Positions 1 to 9,072 of a stretch of DNA of 64,000 bases are shown piece by piece. Made by a program: the position numbers and the translations under genes. Every line of letters begins with the position of its first letter. Within the stretch, counting starts at the first letter, position 1. The notes beneath the pieces are model-generated. The model did not search any database and was not told the DNA's origin. It saw nothing but the letters and a program-made list of their open reading frames with translations. This DNA comes from a virus (taxonomy: Duplodnaviria; Caudoviricetes), in IMG/VR virus record IMGVR_UViG_3300049144_000095, positions 187,160-251,159 of that record. One strand, given 5' to 3'.

Positions 1-1
1 A

Positions 2-631
2 CTCCTTCACCGCCTTGCGGTGGGCACTTCCACTACCAACGAACGCAAGGCGAGGCGTGCACCGATAGAACCTGGTCCTGCCTACTCTCTTCGCTTCAAT
101 CAAGAGCTGCGCCGCCAACAACACCTTGGTGGCCCGACCGATGGCATCGGGATGCATGCCCAGCTCTTCAGCGATTTCCGCTTGCGTTTGCTCAACAGCA
201 CCCTGACTCCTCTCCGTGGCGCACCAGTACCAGACCAGCACCCGGAACTCCCCGTCCGTCAAGCCGGACGCTGCGGAGGCCAGCTCTCTACCCTGACGGA
301 CTCCGATCGCAGCGTGAGGACCGTCGAATGCGTAGGCGCCTGGACGTCCCCTGCTTGCACCCGACCAACCGCGAACCGCCTCGGAGATCAGCGGCAGTGG
401 ATCCTCATCGCCGAAGTCGAACCACTCCCCGTGCACCCGCCTGGTGGCGAACCCTTCATGGAGGAAGTTCTCTAGATCTTGCGGTCCGGGGTGGGTGTCC
501 AGGAGTTTCAGCCTGTAGGCCGAGCCCGTTTGAAGTTGCCTGAGCCTCCTTTCGGGCGCATCGCTCCAGCCGATCTTGACTCGGTTGCCCAGCTCGTCGG
601 CCCCCATCACGTACACGAAGCCGTCACCCAT
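2..631 (-). CDS. T5orf172/GIY-YIG-like domain fused to RepL-like winged-helix domain (runs off left edge)
   Basis: Not in ORF track (no stop in window). Manual minus-strand translation from ATG 631 with GGAGAGGAGAAGAG RBS: MGDGFVYVMGADELGNRVKIGWSDAPERRLRQLQTGS...RRVHGEWFDF, then LTDGEFRVLVWYW...TQAEIAEELGMHPDAIGRATKVLLAAQLLIEAKRVGRTRFYRCTP. Confidence 0.8.
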   Translation of the reverse strand, partial: MGDGFVYVMGADELGNRVKIGWSDAPERRLRQLQTGSAYRLKLLDTHPGPQDLENFLHEGFATRRVHGEWFDFGDEDPLPLISEAVRGWSGASRGRPGAYAFDGPHAAIGVRQGRELASAASGLTDGEFRVLVWYWCATERSQGAVEQTQAEIAEELGMHPDAIGRATKVLLAAQLLIEAKRVGRTRFYRCTPRLAFVGSGSAHRKAVKE

Positions 632-647
632 CTCTTCTCCTCTCCAT

Positions 648-687
648 AAGCGAGAGCGGGAAGCTGGTGGGCTTCCCGCTCTCGCTT
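648..687. terminator. 17-bp perfect hairpin immediately upstream of the RBS of the 631 gene
   Basis: AAGCGAGAGCGGGAAGC-tggtgg-GCTTCCCGCTCTCGCTT. Confidence 0.6.
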
Positions 688-799
688 CTTCTGCATCAGG
701 CTGCATGACGCTGTTCCTTAGAGGCACAAACGCCATACAGCCGTTCATCATGCTGTTGCCGTCGGGCACAGTCCCAGGTGGAACCGTGCCCGACGATCT

Positions 800-1129
800 C
801 TACGCAGTCCGCCGCAACGGCACCACGTTGTTCAGCTTGGGCTCCGCCTCCGGGCCGAGTCCGTAGTAGCGAACGTTGCCGTGCCTGGAGGCGACCCGAA
901 GCCAGCCCGCCTCCAGGAGGCGCGGAATCGTCCTGGACAGAAGGGGCCGGTTCATGCCGATCTCCTCAGCGACCCTCTCGCCCGTCATGACCACGGCGTC
1001 GTTGAAGTCGGGGTCTTTCTGGGTCGTGAGGTAGAACAGGGCGATTCGCATCTGGGGATGCGGCAAGTCCATCACCTTGCGCAGCACCTTGGGCTCGACG
1101 CCTTCCGAGACAAGCGGTGCGCTGTTCAT
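800..1129 (-). CDS. small winged-helix protein, RepL-like paralogue
   Basis: MTGERVAEEIGMNRPLLSRTIPRLLEAGWLRVASRHGNVRYYGL: HTH plus wing; start overlaps the stop of the upstream gene. Confidence 0.7.
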   Translation of the reverse strand: MNSAPLVSEGVEPKVLRKVMDLPHPQMRIALFYLTTQKDPDFNDAVVMTGERVAEEIGMNRPLLSRTIPRLLEAGWLRVASRHGNVRYYGLGPEAEPKLNNVVPLRRTA

Positions 1130-1611
1130 GCTGTCCGACCTTTCTTCTGTGGAGCGCCGGGAACGACGGGGATCCGGTGCGCTGCTGCATCTTGACGCTG
1201 CTGCTCACCGCCCACTCGTGAGGCGTGGTGTGGGCTGACCTTGTAGTAGATGACACGCCCGTGCTTCTCGGCCTCGATCAGGTACCCAGCCTTGGTCAGG
1301 CGCTTGATCGCGGTCGCTACGGTGCGGGCGCTGATTCCGAGGTAATCGGACATCTTCGCGCGAGGCCAGCGGAGCACGTCTCCGCGCCGTTCCGGACCGT
1401 GCACGTGAAGCGCGAGCACGTCCCGGTCTGATGGCGTCAGACCGCTCTCCTTGGACAGGATTTGCAGGCCGGTTCTGTTGCTTACTGCTGTGAAACCTCC
1501 CGGAAAGTTGTAGGCAGGCGGGCGACGGTCACCGTCCAGATCGACGTACTCATGGACCTCACCCGTCGCGGGGTCGGCGAAGCGCCGCACCGGAGCGGGG
1601 TTTGCTGACAT
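1126..1611 (-). CDS. RepL-like plasmid replication/maintenance winged-helix protein
   Basis: DPATGEV N-terminus, LTPSDRDVL, WPRAKMSDYLGISARTVATAIKRLTKAGYLIEAEKHGRVIYYKVSPH. Confidence 0.7.
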   Translation of the reverse strand: MSANPAPVRRFADPATGEVHEYVDLDGDRRPPAYNFPGGFTAVSNRTGLQILSKESGLTPSDRDVLALHVHGPERRGDVLRWPRAKMSDYLGISARTVATAIKRLTKAGYLIEAEKHGRVIYYKVSPHHASRVGGEQQRQDAAAHRIPVVPGAPQKKGRTA

Positions 1612-1850
1612 GCCAGCAAGCCGGACCTTTCCCCTGGGAACAATGGACGTGGCGATGGTTGCACATCACTGTTCCTCACAACAACAGTCCCACGCTGTCG
1701 TGCAGTTTTCTCCCCCGCCCGGGTGAGTCCCGGTCACATTTCGGAGCGCGAGCTGCTTCTGCGGGTGCGCACGGGAAGGGGTGCCCGATGCATCTGATGG
1801 GGCACGGCAAAGTGCATCCCAGCGCACAACACTGTGCTTCTGAGTAACAG

Positions 1851-1960
1851 TGAAACGCCTCTCGCTGCACTTTGAGACGTCTCCGGTTGCATGATGAGCA
1901 GCTCCTGATTGCATGATGAGTCATCCCGCGTTGCATGATGAAACGTCTGCGATTGCATGA
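1851..1960 (+). repeat. five phased 22-bp direct repeats (iteron-like)
   Basis: Units start at 1851, 1873, 1895, 1917, 1939; each begins TGA; core TTGCATGAT at 1887, 1909, 1931, 1953 (exact 22-bp period). Confidence 0.8.
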
Positions 1961-2559
1961 TCAGTGGGTGCATTTGCGCAGGTCAGAGCCCTGCAAGTCG
2001 CTCGCTCCTCTAAGTACACCAAGGAGGACGGCCACCCTCCGCACCGTACGGGTGACCCTGCGGTCCTCGCGCAAGCGCTGCGGTCCTCGGGGGGACCCCG
2101 AGCGGTACTCATTCGCCCGCGCCGCCGTCTTGGCCGGGGTGAGCAACAACAAGGAGGCGTGGCTGGTGCCGGATGGGGCTGACGTGACATACGCGCGCCC
2201 GACCGTTCGGCCCGCCCGCCGTCGTGGCGGGCTTTCGTCGGCTAAGGTCTCGACGGGGGGACTGAGGTGTCCCACGCCTGTGGAGGCACCCGGAAAGGGC
2301 GAAGCCCGATCGGGTAACGCCGACCGGGCTTCCGTGCCCCGCCTGATGAACGAAGCAACATCCACTGTACCAGCAGGAGTTCGGGTGAACGGGGCATCGC
2401 TGGGAAGGCCGTTTGTGCGGGCCGGGCCCGAGGCTGGTGCCGCCGACTCCTACGGTTACAGCGGCTGACGTGCCAGCTCCGGGCTCGACCCCCACGCTTA
2501 CGGCGGCGAAGCTCCAGCGGGTAGGACGGTCACTACGGTATCGACGGATACCGGTATCG

Positions 2560-2880
2560 CTATCGGACGGTGGTCCACCCGCCGCAGGTACGGCAGGACA
2601 CGGCGACGGGTACGTCCGCCTGGTCCGCCTCGTCGAGCGTGCGGGCGATCATGTCCTGCGTGGCGGCGGCCACCGTCCAGCCGGTGCTCTCCGTCGAGGG
2701 GAGGCGCGGGCAGCCTTCCTGGTGGACGCTGACGCGCCTCACGTGAGTGCCGTTGCGGAGGGTGGCTGCCCGCCGGATCGCCAGAGCGAGGGGCGGGGTT
2801 CGGCTTGCCGGGGATCCGGGCCGGGCCGTGACCACCTTGAGGGGTTCCGGGTTGATCTCCAGGCGCCGGTCGTTGATCAT
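2560..2880 (-). CDS. hypothetical protein (CxxC near C-terminus)
   Basis: ATG 2880 preceded by GAGGAGAGG; ORF track 2560..2913. Confidence 0.5.
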   Translation of the reverse strand: MINDRRLEINPEPLKVVTARPGSPASRTPPLALAIRRAATLRNGTHVRRVSVHQEGCPRLPSTESTGWTVAAATQDMIARTLDEADQADVPVAVSCRTCGGWTTVR

Positions 2881-2966
2881 CTGCCTCTCCTCACCCCTGG
2901 GCATGGACGTCATTCTCCCACCTCTCCCTCGCTCCCCACCCGGGATCTTGCTGTGCCATCAGGTGT

Positions 2967-3089
2967 GACTTTAGACAAAAGGAGCCCACCACCCACTAAG
3001 GGAGGTCGCGCGCGGCGCCGCCCCGCACGTTCCGCACTACGTCAACCACCCCGCCTCTTGGGTTGGGGCAGCTCCTTTTGTCTAAAGTC
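2967..3089. repeat. 123-bp element bounded by perfect 19-bp inverted repeats
   Basis: GACTTTAGACAAAAGGAGC (2967-2985) and GCTCCTTTTGTCTAAAGTC (3071-3089). Confidence 0.8.
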
Positions 3090-3221
3090 GATGCCGGATA
3101 GGATGAAGTCACGGATGAGACAGGCTGGTTGACGGTGAACCCGGCCTCCTGGCGGCTAGACCGCTCTCTCGTCCGACTTGATCAGCTACCGTGCGATCCC
3201 CGCGCAGACAGGACGTCCTTC

Positions 3222-3878
3222 ATGCCCAACGACCGCTTTGATCCGCGCTACAAGCCCACTCGTGAGGACGTGTGGATCGCCGTGGGCCTTCCCGACCCCA
3301 ACCCCCGGAGCGGCCCCGCTGACCCCGACCCCTTCAACATGAGCCAGCACCCTTCGACCGAGTTCGAGATCGCCAGCCGCATCGCACGGATCCGGACTCT
3401 GCCCCCTCATAGCTCGAACGAGGTCGGCCGCGTCCTGCAACGGAACCGGCTGCGGGAACTGCTCGACGAGATGGTGACCGAGGGAATGCTGGTCGGCCTC
3501 CCCCGCAGCGAATGGGCCGCCATGAGGCGAGAGCCCAAGAGCCGAGCCAAGGACACCCTGTACGCCCACCCGGTCCTCGTGAAGCTGTGGACGGAAATGG
3601 ATGAGGCGCGGGCGCTCGCAGCCGCCGCCACCGAGTACCGGCTCCTCCTTCCTGAAGGCGGCGGAGTCGAGGTGCGAGCAGCCCGACGGCCGCCCGGCCA
3701 GGGAAGCGGCTGGGCTGTCTCGGTCATGCGCAGCGGCGGCGGCCCGGCGTGGACCACCGAAGGGTGGCAGGAACCCGTTAGCGCACTTTCGGTGGACCGG
3801 CTGTTCTGCTGGCCCGAAGCCACCACGGCCATCGCCGAGATCCGCACTGCACTGTCACAGCCGGACGCGGGATCCTAG
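3222..3878 (+). CDS. hypothetical protein
   Basis: Long ORF with protein-like composition; ATG 3222 chosen within track ORF 3129..3878. Confidence 0.55.
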   Translation: MPNDRFDPRYKPTREDVWIAVGLPDPNPRSGPADPDPFNMSQHPSTEFEIASRIARIRTLPPHSSNEVGRVLQRNRLRELLDEMVTEGMLVGLPRSEWAAMRREPKSRAKDTLYAHPVLVKLWTEMDEARALAAAATEYRLLLPEGGGVEVRAARRPPGQGSGWAVSVMRSGGGPAWTTEGWQEPVSALSVDRLFCWPEATTAIAEIRTALSQPDAGS

Positions 3879-4132
3879 CGGGCGTGCCTGCTCTCCACGC
3901 CGCAGCTCCCGCGTCGGTCGAGAGGAAAGCCGCACTGCGAGCCGTCCACTGTCGGCGAGCTGCACGTGCTGCATCCGAGGGACCAGTAGTCGTCCCCTTC
4001 GTAGAGGTCGCCCATCGGCCAATTGGGGTCGTCCTCAGCGTCTTCCGGGTGGGGGCCGTACAGCTCGGGCTCGTTCGCCCACCTGATCATCTGCTCGCCC
4101 ACCGACGGGTACTCCCACTCATTCGCTTCCAT
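3875..4132 (-). CDS. small acidic, Cys-containing hypothetical protein
   Basis: C-terminal part of track ORF 3875..4438 from ATG 4132; fills the gap between neighbours. Confidence 0.3.
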   Translation of the reverse strand: MEANEWEYPSVGEQMIRWANEPELYGPHPEDAEDDPNWPMGDLYEGDDYWSLGCSTCSSPTVDGSQCGFPLDRRGSCGVESRHAR

Positions 4133-4211
4133 GTCCCGTTGGACGTGCGGATCATGGAGGTTGTTACAGGGCACCCGCCGGGAAGTACAGCAAATCCCGG
4201 GCAGTGCCAGG

Positions 4212-5072
4212 ATGTCCGCCATGGACTCCCGCGCCGTACTGAAGAACTGGATCGGCAACCCGGACCCTGAAGCCGTCCCGCCTCCGGACCGCCGGGGCAG
4301 GCGCGGCGCGCACCTGCGCGGAACCAGCCCCGAGCGGTACGCCGACGACGTCGCCGACTGGCTCACCTTCATCGAGGACGTTGTACGGATCGGCGCCTGG
4401 CACGCGGAGCCCTCCCACATCAAGACCTGGCTTGACATGAAGGGCGGCGCACCCCGCTCCCGAGCCCGCCGCGTCTCCGCCGTCGGGGCGTTCTACGCGT
4501 ACGCCGTGCACTTCGGGCACGCCCTGCACAACCCCGTCGACCCCCGCCTGAGCGGCAAGGCGCACCTCTCCACGCCGCGCCCCCGGCTGAGCGAAGGCCA
4601 GGTGCACCTGCTGCGCTGGGGCGCAGACCGACTCGACGGGGACTACGCCGAGCGCGACCGGCTCCTCGTCTACCTCATGCTGGCCGGATTGCGCCCCCGA
4701 CAGGTGGTGGAGCTGGACCTGTCGGGGGTCACCTTCGAGCAGCACCGCATGACCGCCCTGGTCTGGCAGCGCGGCGGAGGCCTGAGGCGCACGGCCTTCC
4801 CCGATGAGGTGCGCGACCTGGTGCGTGCCTACCTGCCGGTCCGAACTCACAGGGGGCCGGACAGTCACGAGGACAGGGGGCCTCTGCTGGTCACCTACCG
4901 GGGGCACCGGCTGGACCTGAACAAGACGCCACACGACATCCTGAAGATCGCCGTCGCACACGCCCGGAGCTGCCCGGACCCGGATGCGCCGGACCTGCCC
5001 GCCCGCGTCAATCCGGACATGGTGGCCCTCTCCCCCAGCCCCTTCGAGCCGCTGCGGGAAGTGCTGTCGTAA
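4212..5072 (+). CDS. tyrosine recombinase/integrase-like protein, catalytic motifs incomplete
   Basis: Core-binding-like segment (RYADDVADWLTF...RARRVSAVGAFYAY...NPV) and box I ERDRLLVYLMLAGLRPRQV; no HxxR and no C-terminal Tyr region. Confidence 0.7.
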   Translation: MSAMDSRAVLKNWIGNPDPEAVPPPDRRGRRGAHLRGTSPERYADDVADWLTFIEDVVRIGAWHAEPSHIKTWLDMKGGAPRSRARRVSAVGAFYAYAVHFGHALHNPVDPRLSGKAHLSTPRPRLSEGQVHLLRWGADRLDGDYAERDRLLVYLMLAGLRPRQVVELDLSGVTFEQHRMTALVWQRGGGLRRTAFPDEVRDLVRAYLPVRTHRGPDSHEDRGPLLVTYRGHRLDLNKTPHDILKIAVAHARSCPDPDAPDLPARVNPDMVALSPSPFEPLREVLS

Positions 5073-5370
5073 TGCGGCCAGCCGAACGCCGTCAACGTGC
5101 GGGCAGCCGCAGAAGACGACCATCGCCCCGAATGCTCCCCAGCGCCAACTGGGGTCGGATGTGGCGATGATCGCCTTCTGCTGGTTGGAGCCCCTGTAGC
5201 ACCCAGGAGTGATTCCATCGTATCTCCGCGTTCCGGCTCGCGGCATGTACCCGGAATTGCTGGTGCGATTCTGAATCAACTCGCAGCACCCTCGACGGAC
5301 TGCACGGTCTCGGAGATTCGCGCTACCGTGAAGAACCTGATCGATGAAGCCTGTTCACTGGAGGGTGACC

Positions 5371-5601
5371 ATGACTGGCAGGCCGGACCCCGACGAGGCG
5401 TTCGATGCCGAGGAGCTGGCAACGCTCCGCGAAGCAGCCGAGGAGAAGCGCGCTGCTGGTGATGCAGCTCTGGCCGACGTCCTCGATTACTACGCGGAGA
5501 ACGGGCTCCCTGTCGCCCAGGAGTGCACCCCCTGGGAGGAGCTGCGCGACGCGCACTACCGGTCCCTCGGAGTGAAGGTGTCGGGGTCGCATGTCGCCTA
5601 G
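5371..5601 (+). CDS. putative antitoxin (small acidic protein)
   Basis: GGAGGG RBS; acidic 76 aa; overlaps the start of a RelE-like gene. Confidence 0.45.
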   Translation: MTGRPDPDEAFDAEELATLREAAEEKRAAGDAALADVLDYYAENGLPVAQECTPWEELRDAHYRSLGVKVSGSHVA

Positions 5602-5842
5602 GCATGGTCCGCGCCGGTCTCAGGTGGTGTTCACCGAGGTCGCGGAGAAGCAGATCGAAACGCTGTCCCTGCCGGAGATGGTGGTCCTTGACCGGGTGAT
5701 TGTCGCCCTGACGGTCAATCCGTGGCTGGGTGACCTGGTCGGCAGGACCCCGCTGCGCGAGTACCAGGAGGATGGTGCACGCGTGCTCTACACGACGACC
5801 GTCATGGGCTCGGTCATCATCGTGGCCTATCTGGAGGCCTGA
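5591..5842 (+). CDS. RelE/ParE-fold toxin-like protein
   Basis: VVFTEVAEKQIETL...LTVNPWLG...LREYQEDGARVLY...IIVAYL follows the RelE/ParE pattern. Confidence 0.55.
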   Translation: MSPRHGPRRSQVVFTEVAEKQIETLSLPEMVVLDRVIVALTVNPWLGDLVGRTPLREYQEDGARVLYTTTVMGSVIIVAYLEA

Positions 5843-6105
5843 CCGACTTCGGCACCGAGGTCTGCCCACCTCCAGGGGGTGTGAGTGGTGTGCCGTCGAT
5901 GCCGTCCGCACGGCCTGCAACGAGACGGGGCGTGCCGCTTCGGTATGAAGCGGTGCAGGGGCAGTAGCCACTGTCCCTCGACTTCAACATGGTCGCCCCG
6001 GTGCTGGCCGCAGCCGTTGTAGTCGCAGATCCAGTAGCCGTCGCTCCCGTCGGGGCGAACCGGCCCCTCGCGGTGCCAGTGATCCGTGATCAGGGGGCTT
6101 GTCAT
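5827..6105 (-). CDS. Cys/His-rich hypothetical protein
   Basis: CxxxxC..H and CxxC..H motifs; last gene of a minus-strand run. Confidence 0.5.
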   Translation of the reverse strand: MTSPLITDHWHREGPVRPDGSDGYWICDYNGCGQHRGDHVEVEGQWLLPLHRFIPKRHAPSRCRPCGRHRRHTTHTPWRWADLGAEVGQASR

Positions 6106-6135
6106 TCGAGCACGCCCTCCTCTCGTCGCTGCCGG

Positions 6136-6510
6136 TCACGCCCCATCGTTGATGTGTCTGCCTTCGGCCGCAGACCATGTGGAGTCGCGACGCCTGTTCT
6201 CTTCGGAGCTGTCCTTCAGTTCGATCGTCGCCTTGCGGAACCGAGTGGAGTGGGCGGATCCTCTTGGATCACTTACGAGTACGGACACCTCCATGAACCA
6301 GTTCAGCTCGTAACTGCTGCGCTGTCCGACGATCCAGTGACCGGCTTCCTCCAGTGCTTCGAATTCGATGTACCACTGATCCCCGGTCCACTCGGCGGAG
6401 ATCACCTGAACCTCGCACCGTAGAGCGGGGTTCAGGGGCTCCCAGCACCAGACAGACCCCTTCTCAATGACCAGGGGGAACTCGGGCATGGGGTCACAGG
6501 GGACGATCAC
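6136..6510 (-). CDS. hypothetical protein
   Basis: GTG with GAGGAG RBS next to upstream stop. Confidence 0.55.
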   Translation of the reverse strand: MIVPCDPMPEFPLVIEKGSVWCWEPLNPALRCEVQVISAEWTGDQWYIEFEALEEAGHWIVGQRSSYELNWFMEVSVLVSDPRGSAHSTRFRKATIELKDSSEENRRRDSTWSAAEGRHINDGA

Positions 6511-6513
6511 TCT

Positions 6514-6834
6514 CTACTCCTCTTTCGGGTCTTTGATCTCTGACAGGACGGCGAACTCCAGGGTGTACACCCGGCCGCACTTGTCGTGGCAGACCTCCTC
6601 GCCCCAGTCGCGCAGTACGAACCAGGCGTCGCACGGCTCGCAGTAGACGTTGTAGTCGTCCGCCCCGTCGGCCGTGGCGAGGTCGCGCTTGAGCGGAATC
6701 CGTACCACTGCTTTGCCCTTGTCGCGCAGGCGGTGCACGATGAGCGACCGAAGACCGCTGTTGCGGGCGTCGCTGCGAGAGCGCGGACTCGTGCGCATCG
6801 AAAGCTGCCAGTCCCGGTCCGACAGGAACCCCAT
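6514..6834 (-). CDS. hypothetical Zn-ribbon protein
   Basis: CEPC and HDKC motifs; GAAAGGAGAAGG RBS before ATG 6834. Confidence 0.6.
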   Translation of the reverse strand: MGFLSDRDWQLSMRTSPRSRSDARNSGLRSLIVHRLRDKGKAVVRIPLKRDLATADGADDYNVYCEPCDAWFVLRDWGEEVCHDKCGRVYTLEFAVLSEIKDPKEE

Positions 6835-7003
6835 CACCTTCTCCTTTCCGTTCACGATGAAGCCGGGCGGGGGTGCGCAGGTGTAGCCGGTCCGTCCGCT
6901 GGCACCGGCGCAGCCGAACTGGTCAGCCCCCAACCCACGGTCTTGTCCGGCACACTCTTCCCTGCCTGCCCCGCCCGGCGGTCCTTGTCCGCCTACGCAG
7001 GCG

Positions 7004-7360
7004 TTACCTTCTGACGTACTTTCGGTCCACCTCGGACCAGACGCACTCCGAGAGGAGGCGGTTCAGGTCCAGGATGGCGTTCGGATGGGCCTCTTCGCAC
7101 GACGCCCACCCCATCCCCTCGCCAACCTCCCAGCGGGGGTATGCGAAGAAACCGTACTCGCGGCATTCAGCAGTGCCGGGCGCTTCGCCGGTCCAGACGG
7201 TGCGGCAATCCACGTCCGGCACATGGAACACCTCCACGCCCGACTGACAGTTGCTGACGCGACGTCGCCCGATCACCGCGCACCAGGCAACCCCGCACTC
7301 GCCTTCATGCAGCTCGCCCGGCAGCACCTTGCAGTCCGGGCAGAGCTGCGGCGTGCTCAC
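7004..7360 (-). CDS. Cys-rich phage-type hypothetical protein
   Basis: CPDCKVLPGELHEGECGVAWC; overlaps upstream stop. Confidence 0.65.
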   Translation of the reverse strand: MSTPQLCPDCKVLPGELHEGECGVAWCAVIGRRRVSNCQSGVEVFHVPDVDCRTVWTGEAPGTAECREYGFFAYPRWEVGEGMGWASCEEAHPNAILDLNRLLSECVWSEVDRKYVRR

Positions 7361-7638
7361 AGCTCCGCTTCCGGGTCGAGCGCGTTGGCCACGGCTTCGA
7401 GCTGAAGGCGTGCCTCGGATCCCTCGGGGTGCCTGGGCGCCCAGCCGGTGCGAAAGAGGTCGGCGTATTCGGCGCGAACACCCCGCCCGGTCTGCATCCG
7501 CTCGTCGGCGATCAGCGAGACTGCCCGGTCGAAGGGAATGTCGGCCGCGAGCAGCGTATCCAGTAGGTCCCGCTGCTCCGATGGAGTCCGTTTCGCCCGA
7601 TCGATGGTCCTCTGCTCGGAAGCCTTCACTGCGGCCAT
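7357..7638 (-). CDS. hypothetical protein
   Basis: GAGGAG RBS before ATG 7638; coupled to downstream gene. Confidence 0.55.
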   Translation of the reverse strand: MAAVKASEQRTIDRAKRTPSEQRDLLDTLLAADIPFDRAVSLIADERMQTGRGVRAEYADLFRTGWAPRHPEGSEARLQLEAVANALDPEAEL

Positions 7639-7701
7639 CGTGGTCTCCTCACCCGTCGTCCAGGACTGCTTGTCTCCTGCGGCGCTCACGCGTCTCCTCT
7701 G

Positions 7702-8991
7702 CTAATCCAGCAGGAACACCTTGGCGTTCTTCGACCAGGGCGCATCCGCCGGTCCCGCCACATACGGTTCGATCTCCCAGATGCCTTCACGGGTTTCACC
7801 TGTGGCCGGGACGTACTGCCGTGTGCGGATCACGGGCCCGATGACGGTCTTGACCGTCCACTTGCCACCCCCGCCGCTGCTGGCTGAAGCTCGGTGCTTG
7901 AGGGGCTGGCCGATCCGGATGACCTGCACACCGTCATTGATGCGCTCCTCCGGAACTCCGGCACGGCGCATGCGCTTGACCGCTGGCCGGGGCGCCGGAA
8001 TCTCCTCTCGCCGGGCGAGCTTCATCCTGCGGATCGCCAGAGTGGCCACGAAGGTCTTCACCATCTGCGACAGCATGGGGAGGATCTTCTCGTTGGCCTC
8101 GATGAAGCGGTCCGCAACTTGCCCACGCTCCGCTTCACGAAGATAGGAGGGGTCCGAGCGGACTGTCGACTGAAGGCGTTCCGGCTTGTCGCTCTCGAAC
8201 CAGCCGAGTGTCGTGCCGAGCGGCAGCACCTGCTCCCTCTCCAGCGGCTGCGGGTCCGAGAGCTGAAGGGCGACGGCGCTCTTGTCGATGATCGCCCCGG
8301 GGGGCAGGTCTGCCTTCTGTGCCTCGATGTGACGCTCGTAGTTCTGCCGGGCCTTGGAGCCGTCGGTGTAGAACACGACCAGCACCTCCTTGGCGCCGGG
8401 CAGGATCCGCCACGACAGGGCGTTCACCGGCGTCTCGGAGTCGCGGAAGCCTTCCATGACGTCATCGATCACCTCGACATCCACCAGCTCGCCGGAGTCC
8501 CTGTCGTACTGGGCGGTGAGCTTGCCTCGTGGCTCGGCCTCCCCGATGGGGGTGTCCCACATCATGAATCCGCAGGTCATCAGCGACTTCTTCTGCACAG
8601 GGTCCAGGTAGAAGAGGTCGAGGTCGAGGCGGAACTCCTTCATCTCGGTGCGCGCCGCGAGGTAGGAGATGTCCCGTCCGATGTACAGCAGCTTGGCCTG
8701 CTCCAGGGTGAAGGCATGGAAGGCGGCCAGCTCTTCGTAGGAGCGGAGTGTGGCAGCCTGCTGCACGGTGACCATGTGCTCGTGGGCCACCTCGGGGACG
8801 CCGGTCCGGCGCAGGGCACGATCGTAGGTCTCTCGCCGCAGGGCAAGGGCATCCTTCTCCGGGTTTTCGACTCCCGGCGGCCAGTAGAACGGCGATCCCA
8901 GGGCGGCCTTGCCGGACCACAGACGGCCAGCGGAGCGGCGTGTCCAGTCGGCAAGATCATGAACGAATTCGTGAAGCTGTGCCGGTTCCAT
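7702..8991 (-). CDS. conserved-looking hypothetical protein (about 430 aa)
   Basis: GGAAAGAGGAAG RBS; C-terminal ...IWEIEPYVAGPADAP resembles the tail of the 46015 protein. Confidence 0.75.
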   Translation of the reverse strand: MEPAQLHEFVHDLADWTRRSAGRLWSGKAALGSPFYWPPGVENPEKDALALRRETYDRALRRTGVPEVAHEHMVTVQQAATLRSYEELAAFHAFTLEQAKLLYIGRDISYLAARTEMKEFRLDLDLFYLDPVQKKSLMTCGFMMWDTPIGEAEPRGKLTAQYDRDSGELVDVEVIDDVMEGFRDSETPVNALSWRILPGAKEVLVVFYTDGSKARQNYERHIEAQKADLPPGAIIDKSAVALQLSDPQPLEREQVLPLGTTLGWFESDKPERLQSTVRSDPSYLREAERGQVADRFIEANEKILPMLSQMVKTFVATLAIRRMKLARREEIPAPRPAVKRMRRAGVPEERINDGVQVIRIGQPLKHRASASSGGGGKWTVKTVIGPVIRTRQYVPATGETREGIWEIEPYVAGPADAPWSKNAKVFLLD

Positions 8992-9072
8992 TTCTTCCTC
9001 TTTCCGGTATGACTCTGGCGCGGCACCCCTGAGGCCGCCGCGCCAGTCTGCCATCTGCCACCGACAGTCGCT

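Noticed and set aside
20-475. + strand 151-aa ORF from the track
   Set aside because: Shadow of the minus-strand T5orf172-wHTH gene, which has clear motifs and an RBS.
1851-1960. CRISPR array
   Set aside because: Period is only 22 bp with ~11-nt variable parts, too short for repeat plus spacer; no cas genes in the window.
2000-2560. single-strand origin or rolling-circle nick site
   Set aside because: Several GC hairpins are present, but no recognisable dso/sso consensus and no HUH or Rep_3-type relaxase in the window.
2967-2985. dif/Xer site
   Set aside because: Only loose resemblance to an XerD arm; the arms are 85 bp apart, not 6-8 bp.
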